Source: Polyangiaceae bacterium (GTDB lineage Bacteria; Myxococcota_A; Polyangia; Polyangiales; Polyangiaceae). From it: a stretch of DNA of 64,000 bases. The notes under the pieces are model-generated. The model saw nothing but the letters and a program-made list of their open reading frames with translations. It was not told the origin of the DNA and did no database searches. Location of the stretch: positions 64,001 to 128,000 of the forward strand of contig JBGAJR010000019.1 of assembly GCA_044224815.1 (NCBI GenBank). Direction: 5' to 3'. Of this stretch, positions 37,823 through 47,700 are shown piece after piece. Both the position numbers and the translations under genes were made by a program. Positions within the stretch are counted from its first letter, which is position 1. Each line of letters starts with the position of its first letter.

Positions 37823-38590
37823 ATGCTAACTAGAGCGTGGTCGATGGGAGTCGCCGCGCGCACCGCCGTCCTCTCGCTCGCGCTCGCTGCGTGCACGCGC
37901 GGCGGCGGAACCCAGTCGAGCGTCGGCGACGCCGCCCCGGCGAACGCGTCGCCGTCCGCGTCCGCGACGCCGACGATCGACGCCGGCGTCGACGCGGGCC
38001 TGACCGACGCCGGGCTCGTCGACTCGGGTGAGGTCGACGCCGCGCGAGCCGACGGCCTCGCCGTCCTTCACACGTATCGCCGCGTCCTCCACATCGGCGA
38101 CTCGATGGTCGGATTCAAGTTCGGCCTGACGCGCGCGCTCGGCGCGCGATTCGAGGGCGACGGCGCCAAGTTCTTCTCCATCCCGATCACGAGCGCCGGC
38201 ATCCAGAGCTTCGAGAAGGGCACCGATCTCGACGACGCGATCAAAAAGACGCACCCCGACTTGGTCCTCATCACGCTCGGCGCCAACAACGCGACGAGCC
38301 CTTCGCCCGAGTATTTGATCCCGGCGATCAAGCGAGTGGTGAAGAAGATCGGCGTCGGTGCGAACCCACGTCGGAAGTGCGTTTGGATTGGGCCGCCGCT
38401 CTGGAAGCCGGACAAGGTCGGCTTCATCGACGTGCTCCAGAAGAGCACCGAGCCGTGCCGTTTCTTCGACTCGAGCCACCTCGCGCTCGACCGCATGACC
38501 GACGGCATTCATCCGACGAACAAAGGCGGCGAGGTGTGGGGTGACGCCGTCTACCGATACTTGATCGAAGAGATGGCCCACGACGGCTGA
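37823..38590 (+). CDS. SGNH/GDSL-family hydrolase lipoprotein. The track 770-aa ORF is over-extended.
   Basis: Signal and lipobox LSLALAAC. Block I LHIGDSM with the catalytic Ser. Block III GANN. C-terminal DGIHP (Asp-x-x-His). Confidence 0.7.
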   Translation: MLTRAWSMGVAARTAVLSLALAACTRGGGTQSSVGDAAPANASPSASATPTIDAGVDAGLTDAGLVDSGEVDAARADGLAVLHTYRRVLHIGDSMVGFKFGLTRALGARFEGDGAKFFSIPITSAGIQSFEKGTDLDDAIKKTHPDLVLITLGANNATSPSPEYLIPAIKRVVKKIGVGANPRRKCVWIGPPLWKPDKVGFIDVLQKSTEPCRFFDSSHLALDRMTDGIHPTNKGGEVWGDAVYRYLIEEMAHDG

Positions 38591-38656
38591 GTCGCGCGAA
38601 CTACGACCTGGGTTCGATGCGCCCGGGAGCGTTCTTTTGGTAGCTTCCGAAAGCTC

Positions 38657-40105
38657 GTGAACGTCCCGGCGACCCTCTCCGTCACCAACGTCGTGGTCGC
38701 GCTCTTGGCCGCGATCCTCACCGGTCGCATCTCGACCGGGCCGGGGTGGCGCGAGCTTCGCTACTTCGCCCTCGCCGCGCTCGCGGCGGCGCTTTTCTCG
38801 GCGCACACCATGTGGCTCGTCTTGCCGGTGAGCGATGGCGTGAAGACGTGGTGCGGGCGAATGAACCTGGGCTTCGCCGGCCTGCACGGCTGCGCGTGGA
38901 TCCTCTACTACGCCGGGCAGGCGCGGCGTTCGCTCTTGCCGATCGAGCGTGGCGTCCTCGGCTTCGGGCTCGTCCTCGCGCTCCTCGCCTTCGTCCCCGG
39001 CGTGATGTCGACACGCCGGCTCTTCGACCGTCACGTCGACTGGCTATCGGTCACGTATCGGGATCTCGTACCGACTCAAGCCGGCGAGCTGATGATGGTC
39101 TTCGCCTGCGCCGTGCTGGTGTGGCTCGCCGCGCTGTACATCCGGCGTTGGCGACAAGGTGAGCCGGCCGCGGGCGCGCACGCCATCGCCCTCGTCGTGC
39201 TCACGGCGTGCGGTGTCAACGACGCGGTCGCGTCGTCGGGGCTCAGCGCGATGCCGTACCTCACCGACGTCGGCTTCATGTTCGTGGTGCTCGCCGTCGG
39301 CACGTCGGTGACGGCGCGCTTCGTCTCCAACGCGCGCGCCCTCGACGAGTCGACGATGCGCCTCGCCGAGACTCAGCGCGAGCTCGTCGTGCGCGAGCGA
39401 TTGGCGGCGATCGGTGAGCTCTCTGCCGTCGTCGCGCACGAGGTCCGAAACCCGCTCGCGGTCGTCTTCAACGCCGTTGCGGGTCTCAAGCGCATGTCGC
39501 TCGACCGCGACGCGGGGGTGCTGCTCGAGATCGTCGAAGAAGAGGCGGAGCGCTTGAAGCGTCTCGTCGAGGAGCTCCTCGAGTTCGCTCGTCCGCGCGA
39601 CGCGGCCTTCGAGCCGGTGGAGCTCGAGCCGCTTCTCCGTCGCAGCGTGGACGCCGCCGTTCAATCCACCAGCAAGAGCGAGGCGGTCGACGTCCGCGTC
39701 GAAGACGACGTCGGCACCGTGGTGTGCGATCCGCAGCTCCTCCGGCAAGCGATCATCAACCTGGTCACCAACGCGCTCCTCGCTCCGGGGCGCGAGAGCG
39801 CCGTCCGCCTCGTGGTCGGGACGGAGGGCGACCGCACGCTGCGCATCGCGGTGCTGGACGACGGCGACGGCATTCCCGACGAGATCGCCGAACGCATCTT
39901 CATGCCGTTCTTCACCACGCGGCCGACCGGCACCGGCCTCGGGCTCCCCATCGTGCGGCGCGCTGCCGACGCGCACGGTGGCACGGTCACCCACGAGCGA
40001 TCACCCGGCGGCGGCGCCACCTTCGTCTTGCGATTGCCGATTCGAAGCGAGTCCTCTGCCGTGTGGCGGGCGGCCGCCCCACAAGAGGAGCGGCCGGGCA
40101 CCTGA
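38657..40105 (+). CDS. Membrane sensor histidine kinase
   Basis: Six or seven N-terminal TM helices. H-box LSAVVAHEVRNPLAV. N, G1 and G2 boxes (NLVTNALLA, DDGDGIP, GTGLGLPIV). GTG start. Confidence 0.85.
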   Translation: MNVPATLSVTNVVVALLAAILTGRISTGPGWRELRYFALAALAAALFSAHTMWLVLPVSDGVKTWCGRMNLGFAGLHGCAWILYYAGQARRSLLPIERGVLGFGLVLALLAFVPGVMSTRRLFDRHVDWLSVTYRDLVPTQAGELMMVFACAVLVWLAALYIRRWRQGEPAAGAHAIALVVLTACGVNDAVASSGLSAMPYLTDVGFMFVVLAVGTSVTARFVSNARALDESTMRLAETQRELVVRERLAAIGELSAVVAHEVRNPLAVVFNAVAGLKRMSLDRDAGVLLEIVEEEAERLKRLVEELLEFARPRDAAFEPVELEPLLRRSVDAAVQSTSKSEAVDVRVEDDVGTVVCDPQLLRQAIINLVTNALLAPGRESAVRLVVGTEGDRTLRIAVLDDGDGIPDEIAERIFMPFFTTRPTGTGLGLPIVRRAADAHGGTVTHERSPGGGATFVLRLPIRSESSAVWRAAAPQEERPGT

Positions 40106-40198
40106 TTCTTCGCGCCCGTACAAAACGATCCTGCGGCTCCTGCGTCTAACCCGGACGAGAACGCCGCGCGGGAGCGTTCTTCGAGCAAAGCGGAGGAT

Positions 40199-40909
40199 TT
40201 GGCGATGAAACTCGGGGTCAAGGCGGCGGTGCTGGCGGGCGTGATGGGCGTGGCGCTCTTTGGCACGGCCGATGCGTCGGCGTGCTTGCGTGCGATGGAG
40301 GCCCCCGAGTCGCCGGATCGCCCCGACGCTGCGCACCTCGTCGCACAGGCCGAGCACGCGCTCGACGCCGGCAAGGGAGCGATCGCCACGGCGAGCATGG
40401 TCAAACTCTTCCCGAGCCTCCGCACTGCGCTCACCCAGAAGGCCGAGCTCGGTCATCTCGAGCACCGCGCCGCGCGCATCGTCGCGCTCGCGTCCGTCCG
40501 CAGCGACGGCGGCTTCGGCGTCGTCAACGGCAAGGTCAAAGACAAGAACAAGACGAACCTCGACTGGTCGGTGGGCATCCTCCGCAAGTTGAACGCCGGT
40601 CGGCCGGGTGATGCGTCGCTCCAGGCCGATCTCGGCGAGGCGCTCGCCAAGCAGCCCGAGACCCAGAAGGAAGCGCTCGAGGTCCTCTCCAAGCTCGCGA
40701 GTGACGATCTCATCGGCAGCCCGCACGCGTACGCGGCGCTCGCCAAGCTCGAGGCCGCGCGCGGCGAAGCGCAGAAGAGCGCGGACGCCGTTCGCCGCTG
40801 CGAGGGGATGACGTCGACGCCGAGCATCTGCAGCCCGGCCAAGCCCGCCGCCGTGCCGGCTGCGACGCCGAAGCCGGAGCCGGCGATCGATCTCAAGTCG
40901 CGCGCTTGA
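40199..40909 (+). CDS. Hypothetical secreted protein
   Basis: 236 aa. Signal peptide VLAGVMGVALFGTADASAC. Helical repeat-like body. Confidence 0.5.
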   Translation: MAMKLGVKAAVLAGVMGVALFGTADASACLRAMEAPESPDRPDAAHLVAQAEHALDAGKGAIATASMVKLFPSLRTALTQKAELGHLEHRAARIVALASVRSDGGFGVVNGKVKDKNKTNLDWSVGILRKLNAGRPGDASLQADLGEALAKQPETQKEALEVLSKLASDDLIGSPHAYAALAKLEAARGEAQKSADAVRRCEGMTSTPSICSPAKPAAVPAATPKPEPAIDLKSRA

Positions 40910-40951
40910 GCGACGCGGTCAGCGTACGATCGATCGCGGACCGCGCCTCTC

Positions 40952-42220
40952 ATGCTCACCCTCCGTCATTCGGTCGGGGTCCTCGTCCTCGCGGGAGCCC
41001 TCGCCGCCACGTCGTCGTGCAAGAAGCCGGAGCTCCTTCGCGGGAGTGACGACAAGTTCACCGTCGGCAACCTCGATCGAGGCGCCGAGCTCGTCGAGCG
41101 CTTCGAGTGCGGCCGCTGCCACGCGGGACCCGAGCTCCACACCAAGAGCGAGAAGGCGTGCGTCACCTGCCACGAAGACATCGTGGCCGGCTCGTTCAAG
41201 GCCTCGCCGGAGGCGATCGCGAAGTGGCAGCCGATCGTGCGCGATCTCCGCTTCGCGCCCTCGCTCGAAGGCGCGGCGCGCTATCGTTCCGCGTTCCTCG
41301 TGTCGTTCTTGCAGAACCCGCACGACCTCCGGCCGAATCTCACGATGAGCATGCCGCGGCTCGCGATCTCCGAGGCCGACGCGCGCGACATCACCACTTA
41401 CCTCCGGCACATGTCGCAGGCGCCGCCGGCGACGTCGCACGCGATCGGTGCCCCGGACCTCGAGAAGGGCGACGCACAAAACGGACGCGTGCTGCTTGGC
41501 CAGAAGGGCTGCACCCACTGTCACGTGATGACCGGGGGCCCGGCGATCCCCGCGCCGACGGCGCCTCCGACGTTGCCGGCCGTGACCGAGCGCGCGATGG
41601 CGCTCGCGCCCGACCTCCGCTACGCGCGCGACCGCTTCGAGCCCGCGATGCTCGCGGCGTGGATCGAGAAGCCGAGCGCAATGAAGGTCGGCAGCGACAT
41701 GCCCGACCTCCCGATGACGCGAACGGAGGCGCGCGACATCGCGACGTTCCTCCTCACGGCGCCGCTCGCACCCCGCGCTGCCAAGGGATTCGCGCGGCTC
41801 CCGGTGCTCGAGCGCCCCGTGAAGTTCGACGAGGTCAACGCGAAGGTCTTTCATCGCACGTGCTGGCATTGCCATTCGGAGCCGGACTTCGCGATCGGCG
41901 ACGGCGGTCCGGGCAACTCGGGTGGCTTCGGGTTCCCGGCGCGCGGCGTCGATCTCTCGAGCTTCCAAGGGGTGATGGCGGGCTTCTTCGACCGCGCGCC
42001 CGGGGCCGCTGCGGACGCCGGTCCGCCGCGTCGGAAGAGCCTCTTCGCGCCCGCCGCGGACGGGACGCCGCGGCTCCTCGCGTCGCTCCTCGCGCGTCAT
42101 CGTGAAGAGGACGGCGCCGTCACCGGCGAAGTGCGTGGCATGCCGCTCGGCCTCCCGGCGCTCTCCGCCGCCGACATCCAGCTCGTAGAGACGTGGATCG
42201 CGCAGGGGCGTCCGCGATGA
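40952..42220 (+). CDS. Multi-heme c-type cytochrome lipoprotein
   Basis: Lipobox ATSSC. Four CxxCH motifs (CGRCH, CVTCH, CTHCH, CWHCH). Confidence 0.75.
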   Translation: MLTLRHSVGVLVLAGALAATSSCKKPELLRGSDDKFTVGNLDRGAELVERFECGRCHAGPELHTKSEKACVTCHEDIVAGSFKASPEAIAKWQPIVRDLRFAPSLEGAARYRSAFLVSFLQNPHDLRPNLTMSMPRLAISEADARDITTYLRHMSQAPPATSHAIGAPDLEKGDAQNGRVLLGQKGCTHCHVMTGGPAIPAPTAPPTLPAVTERAMALAPDLRYARDRFEPAMLAAWIEKPSAMKVGSDMPDLPMTRTEARDIATFLLTAPLAPRAAKGFARLPVLERPVKFDEVNAKVFHRTCWHCHSEPDFAIGDGGPGNSGGFGFPARGVDLSSFQGVMAGFFDRAPGAAADAGPPRRKSLFAPAADGTPRLLASLLARHREEDGAVTGEVRGMPLGLPALSAADIQLVETWIAQGRPR

Positions 42221-42774
42221 CGCGAGCGCTCGTCGTTGCTCTCATGGTGCTTTCGGCGTGTGCGCGCGAGCCGCGTCCCGACGCACCTGCGCGAACGACG
42301 ACGGCGACGCCGTCCGGGTCCGTGGAGACCGCGCCGTCGTCGGCGTCGGTTTATGTGCATGATGCACGCGATGCGGGCGCCGAGCCTCGCCCGCACGGAG
42401 CCCTGCGCGTGGTGGCGGGGGAAGGCGTGGAGGTCGCCTCGTTCATCCGCGCAGCCCGCGCGCGCGCGCTCCGCGAAGGTCGCAAGGTGGTGGTGGAGGT
42501 CGGCGCCTCGTGGTGCAAGCCGTGCCGCACGCTCGCCGCGGCCGTCGATCGTGGCGAGCTCGACGAGGTCCTCGCCGACGTGACGATCCTCGCCTTCGAC
42601 GCGGACGCGCACGGCGCGCGCCTCGACTCGCTCGGCTACCGCTCGAAGTTCGTCCCCTTCTTCGCCGTCCCCAACCCCGACGGCAGCGCCAGCGACCGCC
42701 GCGCCGACGTGAAGGTCGCCCCCACGGCTCAACCACACGAAATCGCCGCCCCCCTCGCCCCTCTCCTCCACTGA
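42217..42774 (+). CDS. Thioredoxin-like lipoprotein (WCKPC active site), translationally coupled to the cytochrome c gene
   Basis: Internal start MTRALVVALMVLSAC overlaps the cytochrome stop (ATGA). Thioredoxin motif GASWCKPC. Confidence 0.65.
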   Translation: MTRALVVALMVLSACAREPRPDAPARTTTATPSGSVETAPSSASVYVHDARDAGAEPRPHGALRVVAGEGVEVASFIRAARARALREGRKVVVEVGASWCKPCRTLAAAVDRGELDEVLADVTILAFDADAHGARLDSLGYRSKFVPFFAVPNPDGSASDRRADVKVAPTAQPHEIAAPLAPLLH

Positions 42775-42872
42775 CGATTGCCCGGTCGCCTGTTCCCCAA
42801 TTCTCTCCTTCTTCCCCGAGCCGTCCGTTCAGCGAATTCGTGATGCCCTGAGCTCGCTGCTACGCTCCACGG

Positions 42873-44099
42873 GTGCGTCGCCGCTCGCTCTTCGTCACTC
42901 GCCTCCTGCCGTCCCTCATCGTGCTCGCCGCGTGCGGCTCCGATGCCGGCACGTCACCCCCCGACGCGATCGACGCGGGCTCGCCCGTTGCCGACTCGGG
43001 GCCGCCGATCGTCGTTCCGCCCAACGACGCCGGCAGCATCGTGCGTGACGACGCCGGTCCCGACATCACGAAGGACACCGACCAAGACGGCGTCCCCGAT
43101 CTGATCGAGGGCACCGGCGACGACGACGGTGACGGCAAGCCGAACTACGACGATCCGATCAACGACGGCGACCCTGGCGCGATCAAGCTCGTCCCGATCA
43201 GCACCAACTTCAACTCGCCGATCGGCATCGACTACCACGAGCCCACCAACTCGGTGGTCCTCTCGGTGAACTACACGACGGGCACGCCCGTCGGCTTCGA
43301 GCGCATCGAATTCGACGGCAAGCACTACGCGTTCTCGACGCTGAGCGGCCTCACCGACGAGGTGAAGATCGCGACCGCGCGCACCGGCAATCCGGCCGGC
43401 TTCCCGGTGGGCACCCTCTTCGTGGGCAACGGCGTCGACGGGCAAATCGTCCGCATCAGCCCCGACGGGGCCACCGTCCAAAACCCGTGGGTCGATCTCC
43501 CCGGCGACAACAACGGCCTCATGCGCGGGTCGCTCTACGTCGATCGCACCGGCGTCTTCGGAGGCGATCTCATGGTCGTCACCACCGTGGGCGAGATCTG
43601 GCGCGTCACCGCCGCGGGCGCGCCGACCAAGCTCGCCACGATCGCGGGCGTCCACCTCGAAGGCGCGGTGGTCGTGCCGAACAAGCCCGCGCGCTTCGGC
43701 CCCCTCGCCGGCAAGCTCATCATCGGCGCAGAGGAGCAACACCTCCTCTACGCGGTCGGCACCGACGGCGTCGTCACCAACTACTCACTCGGCGTCGACG
43801 TCGAGGACATCGATCTCAACACCGGAAAAGAAAACTTCTTCGGCGTCGACTTCGGGGCCTCGCGCCTGCTCGGCGCGGACCCCGCGCAGTGGGCCAAGAT
43901 GGTCGGCGACGTCATCCTCACGCAGGAGAGCGTCGCGGCGGGGACCTCGGGCCTCTTCCGCCTCAAGTGGGACGGCGCCAACGTGGTGGCGCAGCCGATT
44001 CCCCTCACCGCCGATTCGGCCTCGGTCGGCCATTGGGAGCACGTGACCTTCGCCGCAGCTGGCATCGCGGAGCTCCCGCCGGTGCCGGTCGTGCACTGA
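42873..44099 (+). CDS. Hypothetical lipoprotein, probably a beta-propeller
   Basis: Lipobox LAAC. Acidic low-complexity linker. A repetitive beta-rich body follows. Confidence 0.5.
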   Translation: MRRRSLFVTRLLPSLIVLAACGSDAGTSPPDAIDAGSPVADSGPPIVVPPNDAGSIVRDDAGPDITKDTDQDGVPDLIEGTGDDDGDGKPNYDDPINDGDPGAIKLVPISTNFNSPIGIDYHEPTNSVVLSVNYTTGTPVGFERIEFDGKHYAFSTLSGLTDEVKIATARTGNPAGFPVGTLFVGNGVDGQIVRISPDGATVQNPWVDLPGDNNGLMRGSLYVDRTGVFGGDLMVVTTVGEIWRVTAAGAPTKLATIAGVHLEGAVVVPNKPARFGPLAGKLIIGAEEQHLLYAVGTDGVVTNYSLGVDVEDIDLNTGKENFFGVDFGASRLLGADPAQWAKMVGDVILTQESVAAGTSGLFRLKWDGANVVAQPIPLTADSASVGHWEHVTFAAAGIAELPPVPVVH

Positions 44100-44115
44100 C
44101 GCGGGCGCCGCGGGC

Positions 44116-44604
44116 TCAGCGTCCGTCGCGCCGTCGATCGAGGCTGGCGTTGCGCGGCGGTCGTCCGGTCGACTTGATGGGCGGCGGCACGAGGCTCGTC
44201 TCCTTGATCGTGCGGAGCGTCGTCTCGAGCTCGCGTGTCGCGCTGTCGCGGCACTGCGCGTCGGCGATGCGCGTCACGAGGGCGTGGCCGAAGGCGAGTG
44301 CGGAGACCAGATCGGTGGGCTCGCCGCGCTCACGCAGCTCTTCGTCGATCCACGCCGCGCCGGCCGGTCCCGCATACGACTCGATGAGCGGCCCGAACGA
44401 GCCGAGCACGCGCTCGCCGAACGACACGTAGCTCGAAATCCGCGCGCGCCGCAGCGTGGGGCGCTCGTCGTCGTCGACGTCGTCGTTCGGCGGCGGGGGC
44501 GCCACTGGCGGCCCCATGCCGGCCCAAGGAGAGATCACGTCCCGGATGGTCCCGACGTCCGCCCTCATCGCCGCAGCGTCGGCCTTCGCTTTCGAGCTCG
44601 CCAT
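44116..44604 (-). CDS. Hypothetical protein
   Basis: 162 aa from the internal start MASSKAKAD. No motifs. Confidence 0.35.
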   Translation of the reverse strand: MASSKAKADAAAMRADVGTIRDVISPWAGMGPPVAPPPPNDDVDDDERPTLRRARISSYVSFGERVLGSFGPLIESYAGPAGAAWIDEELRERGEPTDLVSALAFGHALVTRIADAQCRDSATRELETTLRTIKETSLVPPPIKSTGRPPRNASLDRRRDGR

Positions 44605-44744
44605 GCTTTGGTCCTTGATACGAGAGTCGCAGCCCCACGACCGCGTGTCCACGGTCCGTCGTCTGGCCAGCGGAACGACCCTCCGCGCACCCCTTCGCAC
44701 CTCCGCCAAGCGAACGAGGGAATGGTGTAAGGTCGGCGCCGACC

Positions 44745-46256
44745 ATGGATTCGCTCGTGGAGCGGCTTCGCCAGCAATTTCCGAGGAGAGAGACGCTCTT
44801 CTACCTCGCCGTAGCCCTCGTCGCGTCCGCGCCGGCGTGGGTGGTGAAGTATCCGCCGATCCAGGACCTCCCGTTCCACCTCGCGACCATCCGCGTCATC
44901 CACGACATTCATAACCCGGCCTACGGGTTCGACGACATCGTCCTCACGCTCGGGCGCACGCAGTACGTCTTCTATTACTTGGTCGCGAGCGCGCTCTCGT
45001 ACTTGGTCGGGATCGTTCCGGCCAACGTGATCCTGATGAGCGCGTACCTCGGCGGGACGCCGCTCGCGCTCCGTGAGCTCCTCCGCGCGCTCGGAAAAGA
45101 TCCGCGCCTCTCGATCCTCTCGGTGCCGCTCCTCGTGAACGTCATGTTCATGTTCGGGCTCCTGCCGTTCCTCCTCGGCATTCCCTTGATGTTCTGGGGG
45201 CTCGCCACGGCCGTCCGCTGGTTCGAAGCGCCCACGCCCAAGGGAGGCATTCTCCTCGCGGCGATCGCGTTCGCGCTCTTCTACTCGCACGTCTTTCCGT
45301 TCGGCATCTTCGGCCTCGGCTTCGCCGCGATGTTCCCGTGGTCGCGACCGCGCCAGTGGATCCGCGCCGGGCTCCCCACCGTGCCCGCGCTCCTCGCGCT
45401 CGCGCGCTGGACGCTCTTCACCGACGCCGGAAAGCTCACCCGCGGCGCGCTCACGCCCGGCCCCGCCGAGGGCGCGGCCCCGCTCAATCAGGCGCTCCCC
45501 AACGTCTTTCAGTGGCTGAACGACGTCTTCCGCGACAACACCGACGAGACGGTGCTCGTCGCGACGTTCATGGTCGCCGTCTTCATCGTCGGCCTGGCGC
45601 AAGGAGACCGCGACGGCTCGACCGATCGTTCACGCGCGTACGTTCTCCTCCCGCTCGCGTGCGTCGTCCTCTACTTCACGATGGGCGAGGGCCACGACTA
45701 CATCTGGCTCATCTCGCAGCGCTTCCCGATCCTCTTCTTGCTGACGGCGATCCCGCTGCTCCGCATGCCCAAGGGGTTCCGCGGTCACCTGGCGACGATG
45801 GTCCTCCTCGTCCTCGCCGGCGCGTCGACGGCCAACACGTGCAAGCACTTCATTCGCTTTCAGCTCGAAGAGGTCGGTGACATCGACGGCGCGCTCGCGG
45901 TGATGGAGCCCAAGAAGAAGGTCGCCGCGCTGATCTTCGACAAGGGCTCGAACGTCACCAATTGGGCGCCGTTCCTCCACTTCGGCTCGTATTACCAATT
46001 CCAAAAGGGCGGCATCATCCAGTTCTCGTACGCCGGTTACGCGCACTGGCCCTTCGACTACAAGCCGGGGCACTATCCGCCGCCGGGCGGCCCGGCGCGC
46101 AAGCGCTGGGAGTGGACCCCCGAGTCGGTGAACATTCGCGAGCTCTCGCCCTACTACGACTACGTGCTCACGCGCGGCGACGGCTTCCGCGCGCCGCCCG
46201 GCACGTTTCACCTCAAGTGGCGAGGCGACAAGTGGGCCGTTTGGGAGCGCGACTGA
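44745..46256 (+). CDS. Polytopic membrane protein of unknown function; paralog of 58309..60018
   Basis: About 10 TM helices, then a roughly 130-aa C-terminal soluble domain with a Trp-rich end (FHLKWRGDKWAVWERD). Confidence 0.6.
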   Translation: MDSLVERLRQQFPRRETLFYLAVALVASAPAWVVKYPPIQDLPFHLATIRVIHDIHNPAYGFDDIVLTLGRTQYVFYYLVASALSYLVGIVPANVILMSAYLGGTPLALRELLRALGKDPRLSILSVPLLVNVMFMFGLLPFLLGIPLMFWGLATAVRWFEAPTPKGGILLAAIAFALFYSHVFPFGIFGLGFAAMFPWSRPRQWIRAGLPTVPALLALARWTLFTDAGKLTRGALTPGPAEGAAPLNQALPNVFQWLNDVFRDNTDETVLVATFMVAVFIVGLAQGDRDGSTDRSRAYVLLPLACVVLYFTMGEGHDYIWLISQRFPILFLLTAIPLLRMPKGFRGHLATMVLLVLAGASTANTCKHFIRFQLEEVGDIDGALAVMEPKKKVAALIFDKGSNVTNWAPFLHFGSYYQFQKGGIIQFSYAGYAHWPFDYKPGHYPPPGGPARKRWEWTPESVNIRELSPYYDYVLTRGDGFRAPPGTFHLKWRGDKWAVWERD

Positions 46257-46310
46257 CACTCCGCGCGGGTCGTGACACGCGCGGCCAGCCGTAGTACGTA
46301 CCCAAGCGTC

Positions 46311-46712
46311 ATGGCGCAGGCGAAAAACCGCACGAGCAGCGCGTCTTCCGAGGCGCGCGTGGGCAGCACGACCCGCATTCGCGGTCGTGTCAGCGGCGAC
46401 GGGAACCTCGTCGTCGAAGGCCGCGTCGAGGGCAACGTCGCGATGCGCGGCGAGCTCCACGTCGCGAGCGGCGGCGTCGTCGAAGCCGACGTCATCGAAG
46501 CCGAGTCGCTGGTGGTGTCCGGCAGCGCGTCGGGCGAGCTCCGCGTGAGCGGCACCGTCCACGCCGTCGCCGGTGGCCGCGTGCGCGGCGACGTCATCGG
46601 CGGCACCGTCGCCATCGACGACGGCGCGCACTTCGACGGACGCATCGAGAACGATTTCAGCCTGCCGGCCGAGCTCGAAGGCGGCGCGGCGGAGCGCCCC
46701 CGTCGTCGCTGA
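46311..46712 (+). CDS. Bactofilin (DUF583 beta-helical polymer-forming protein)
   Basis: Bactofilin repeat pattern IRGRVSGDGNLVVEGRVEGNV...LHVASGGVVEADV...VSGSASGEL. Confidence 0.8.
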   Translation: MAQAKNRTSSASSEARVGSTTRIRGRVSGDGNLVVEGRVEGNVAMRGELHVASGGVVEADVIEAESLVVSGSASGELRVSGTVHAVAGGRVRGDVIGGTVAIDDGAHFDGRIENDFSLPAELEGGAAERPRRR

Positions 46713-46754
46713 GCCGACTCGGTCGCGCGCACAAGCAGGATCAAGGAGAACGAC

Positions 46755-47069
46755 ATGGCGAGCACGGTCATCGGGTCAGGCATCACCGTCGACGGCGAGA
46801 TCACCACGGACGAAGACGTGGTCGTGCAGGGCACGGTTCGCGGCAAGCTCACGGCGCGCGATGGCGTGACCGTGGAGCACGGCGGCAGCGTCGAGGCCGA
46901 CATCGCCGGCGGCATGATGTCGATCGCCGGCTCGGTCACCGGCAACGTGACGTCGACCGACCGCGTCGATCTCCAGCCGGGCTCCAAGGTCATCGGCAAC
47001 GTCAAGGCCACGCGCATCACCATCGCCGACGGCGCCCAGTTCAAGGGCAACGTCGACATGGACGTCTGA
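46755..47069 (+). CDS. Bactofilin
   Basis: Minimal 104-aa bactofilin domain. RBS AAGGAGA 6 nt upstream. Confidence 0.85.
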   Translation: MASTVIGSGITVDGEITTDEDVVVQGTVRGKLTARDGVTVEHGGSVEADIAGGMMSIAGSVTGNVTSTDRVDLQPGSKVIGNVKATRITIADGAQFKGNVDMDV

Positions 47070-47123
47070 GCGTTCTCCGAGCGACGCCGGCATCTCTTCC
47101 CGAACGAGAAGGAACCACGCGAC

Positions 47124-47699
47124 ATGGCAGACGTGACGGTCATCGGCCGCGGATCGAAGATCCGTGGGCGCATCACGGGCGACGGTAGCCTCGAGATCCT
47201 CGGCCACGTCGAGGGCGAGGTGCAGGTCTCGGGCGACGTCACCGTCGGCGAAGGCGGTCTCGTGGGCTCGAGCCTCGCGGCGCAGCGTCTCGTCGTCGAC
47301 GGCGCGGTGAAGGGCGATCTGTCGGCCTCGGAGTCGATCGCGCTCGGCGCCAGCGCGCGCGTCGTCGGCGACATTCGCGCGCCGCGCGTGACGATCGCCG
47401 CCGGCGCGCTCGTGCGCGGCCACGTTCAGACCACCGAAGGCGGCGCCAGCGCTTCCGCGCGCAAGCCCGCCACCGCCGCGCGACCCGCCGCACCTGCGCG
47501 CGCCGCCGCGCCGGCGGCTGCTCCCGCGCGGCAGGCGCCTCCGCCGCCCAAGAGCTCGCGCGAGGTTGCGCGACCCGCCGCCAAGGCGCCGCCGCCCGCC
47601 GCGCCGCGCGTCGTCACGCGCAAGGCGCCTCCCGCGCCCGTCGTGCCCGTCCTCAAGAAGGGCGCCAAGGGCGCGATGAAGAAGCGCGCGGGCGGCTGA
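47124..47699 (+). CDS. Bactofilin with a long Pro/Ala/Lys-rich C-terminal tail (BacP-like)
   Basis: Bactofilin domain, then an approximately 90-aa tail APAAAPARQAPPPPKSS...KKGAKGAMKKRAGG. RBS GAAGGAA upstream. Confidence 0.85.
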   Translation: MADVTVIGRGSKIRGRITGDGSLEILGHVEGEVQVSGDVTVGEGGLVGSSLAAQRLVVDGAVKGDLSASESIALGASARVVGDIRAPRVTIAAGALVRGHVQTTEGGASASARKPATAARPAAPARAAAPAAAPARQAPPPPKSSREVARPAAKAPPPAAPRVVTRKAPPAPVVPVLKKGAKGAMKKRAGG

Positions 47700-47700
47700 C

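Noticed and set aside
36278-38590. 770-aa plus-strand ORF and the 402-aa minus ORF (37826..39034)
   Set aside because: The plus ORF's N-terminal 515 aa are antisense to a secreted-protein gene. Only the C-terminal 255 aa, the SGNH hydrolase from MLTRAWSM, are credible. The minus ORF is antisense to the SGNH hydrolase and the sensor kinase.
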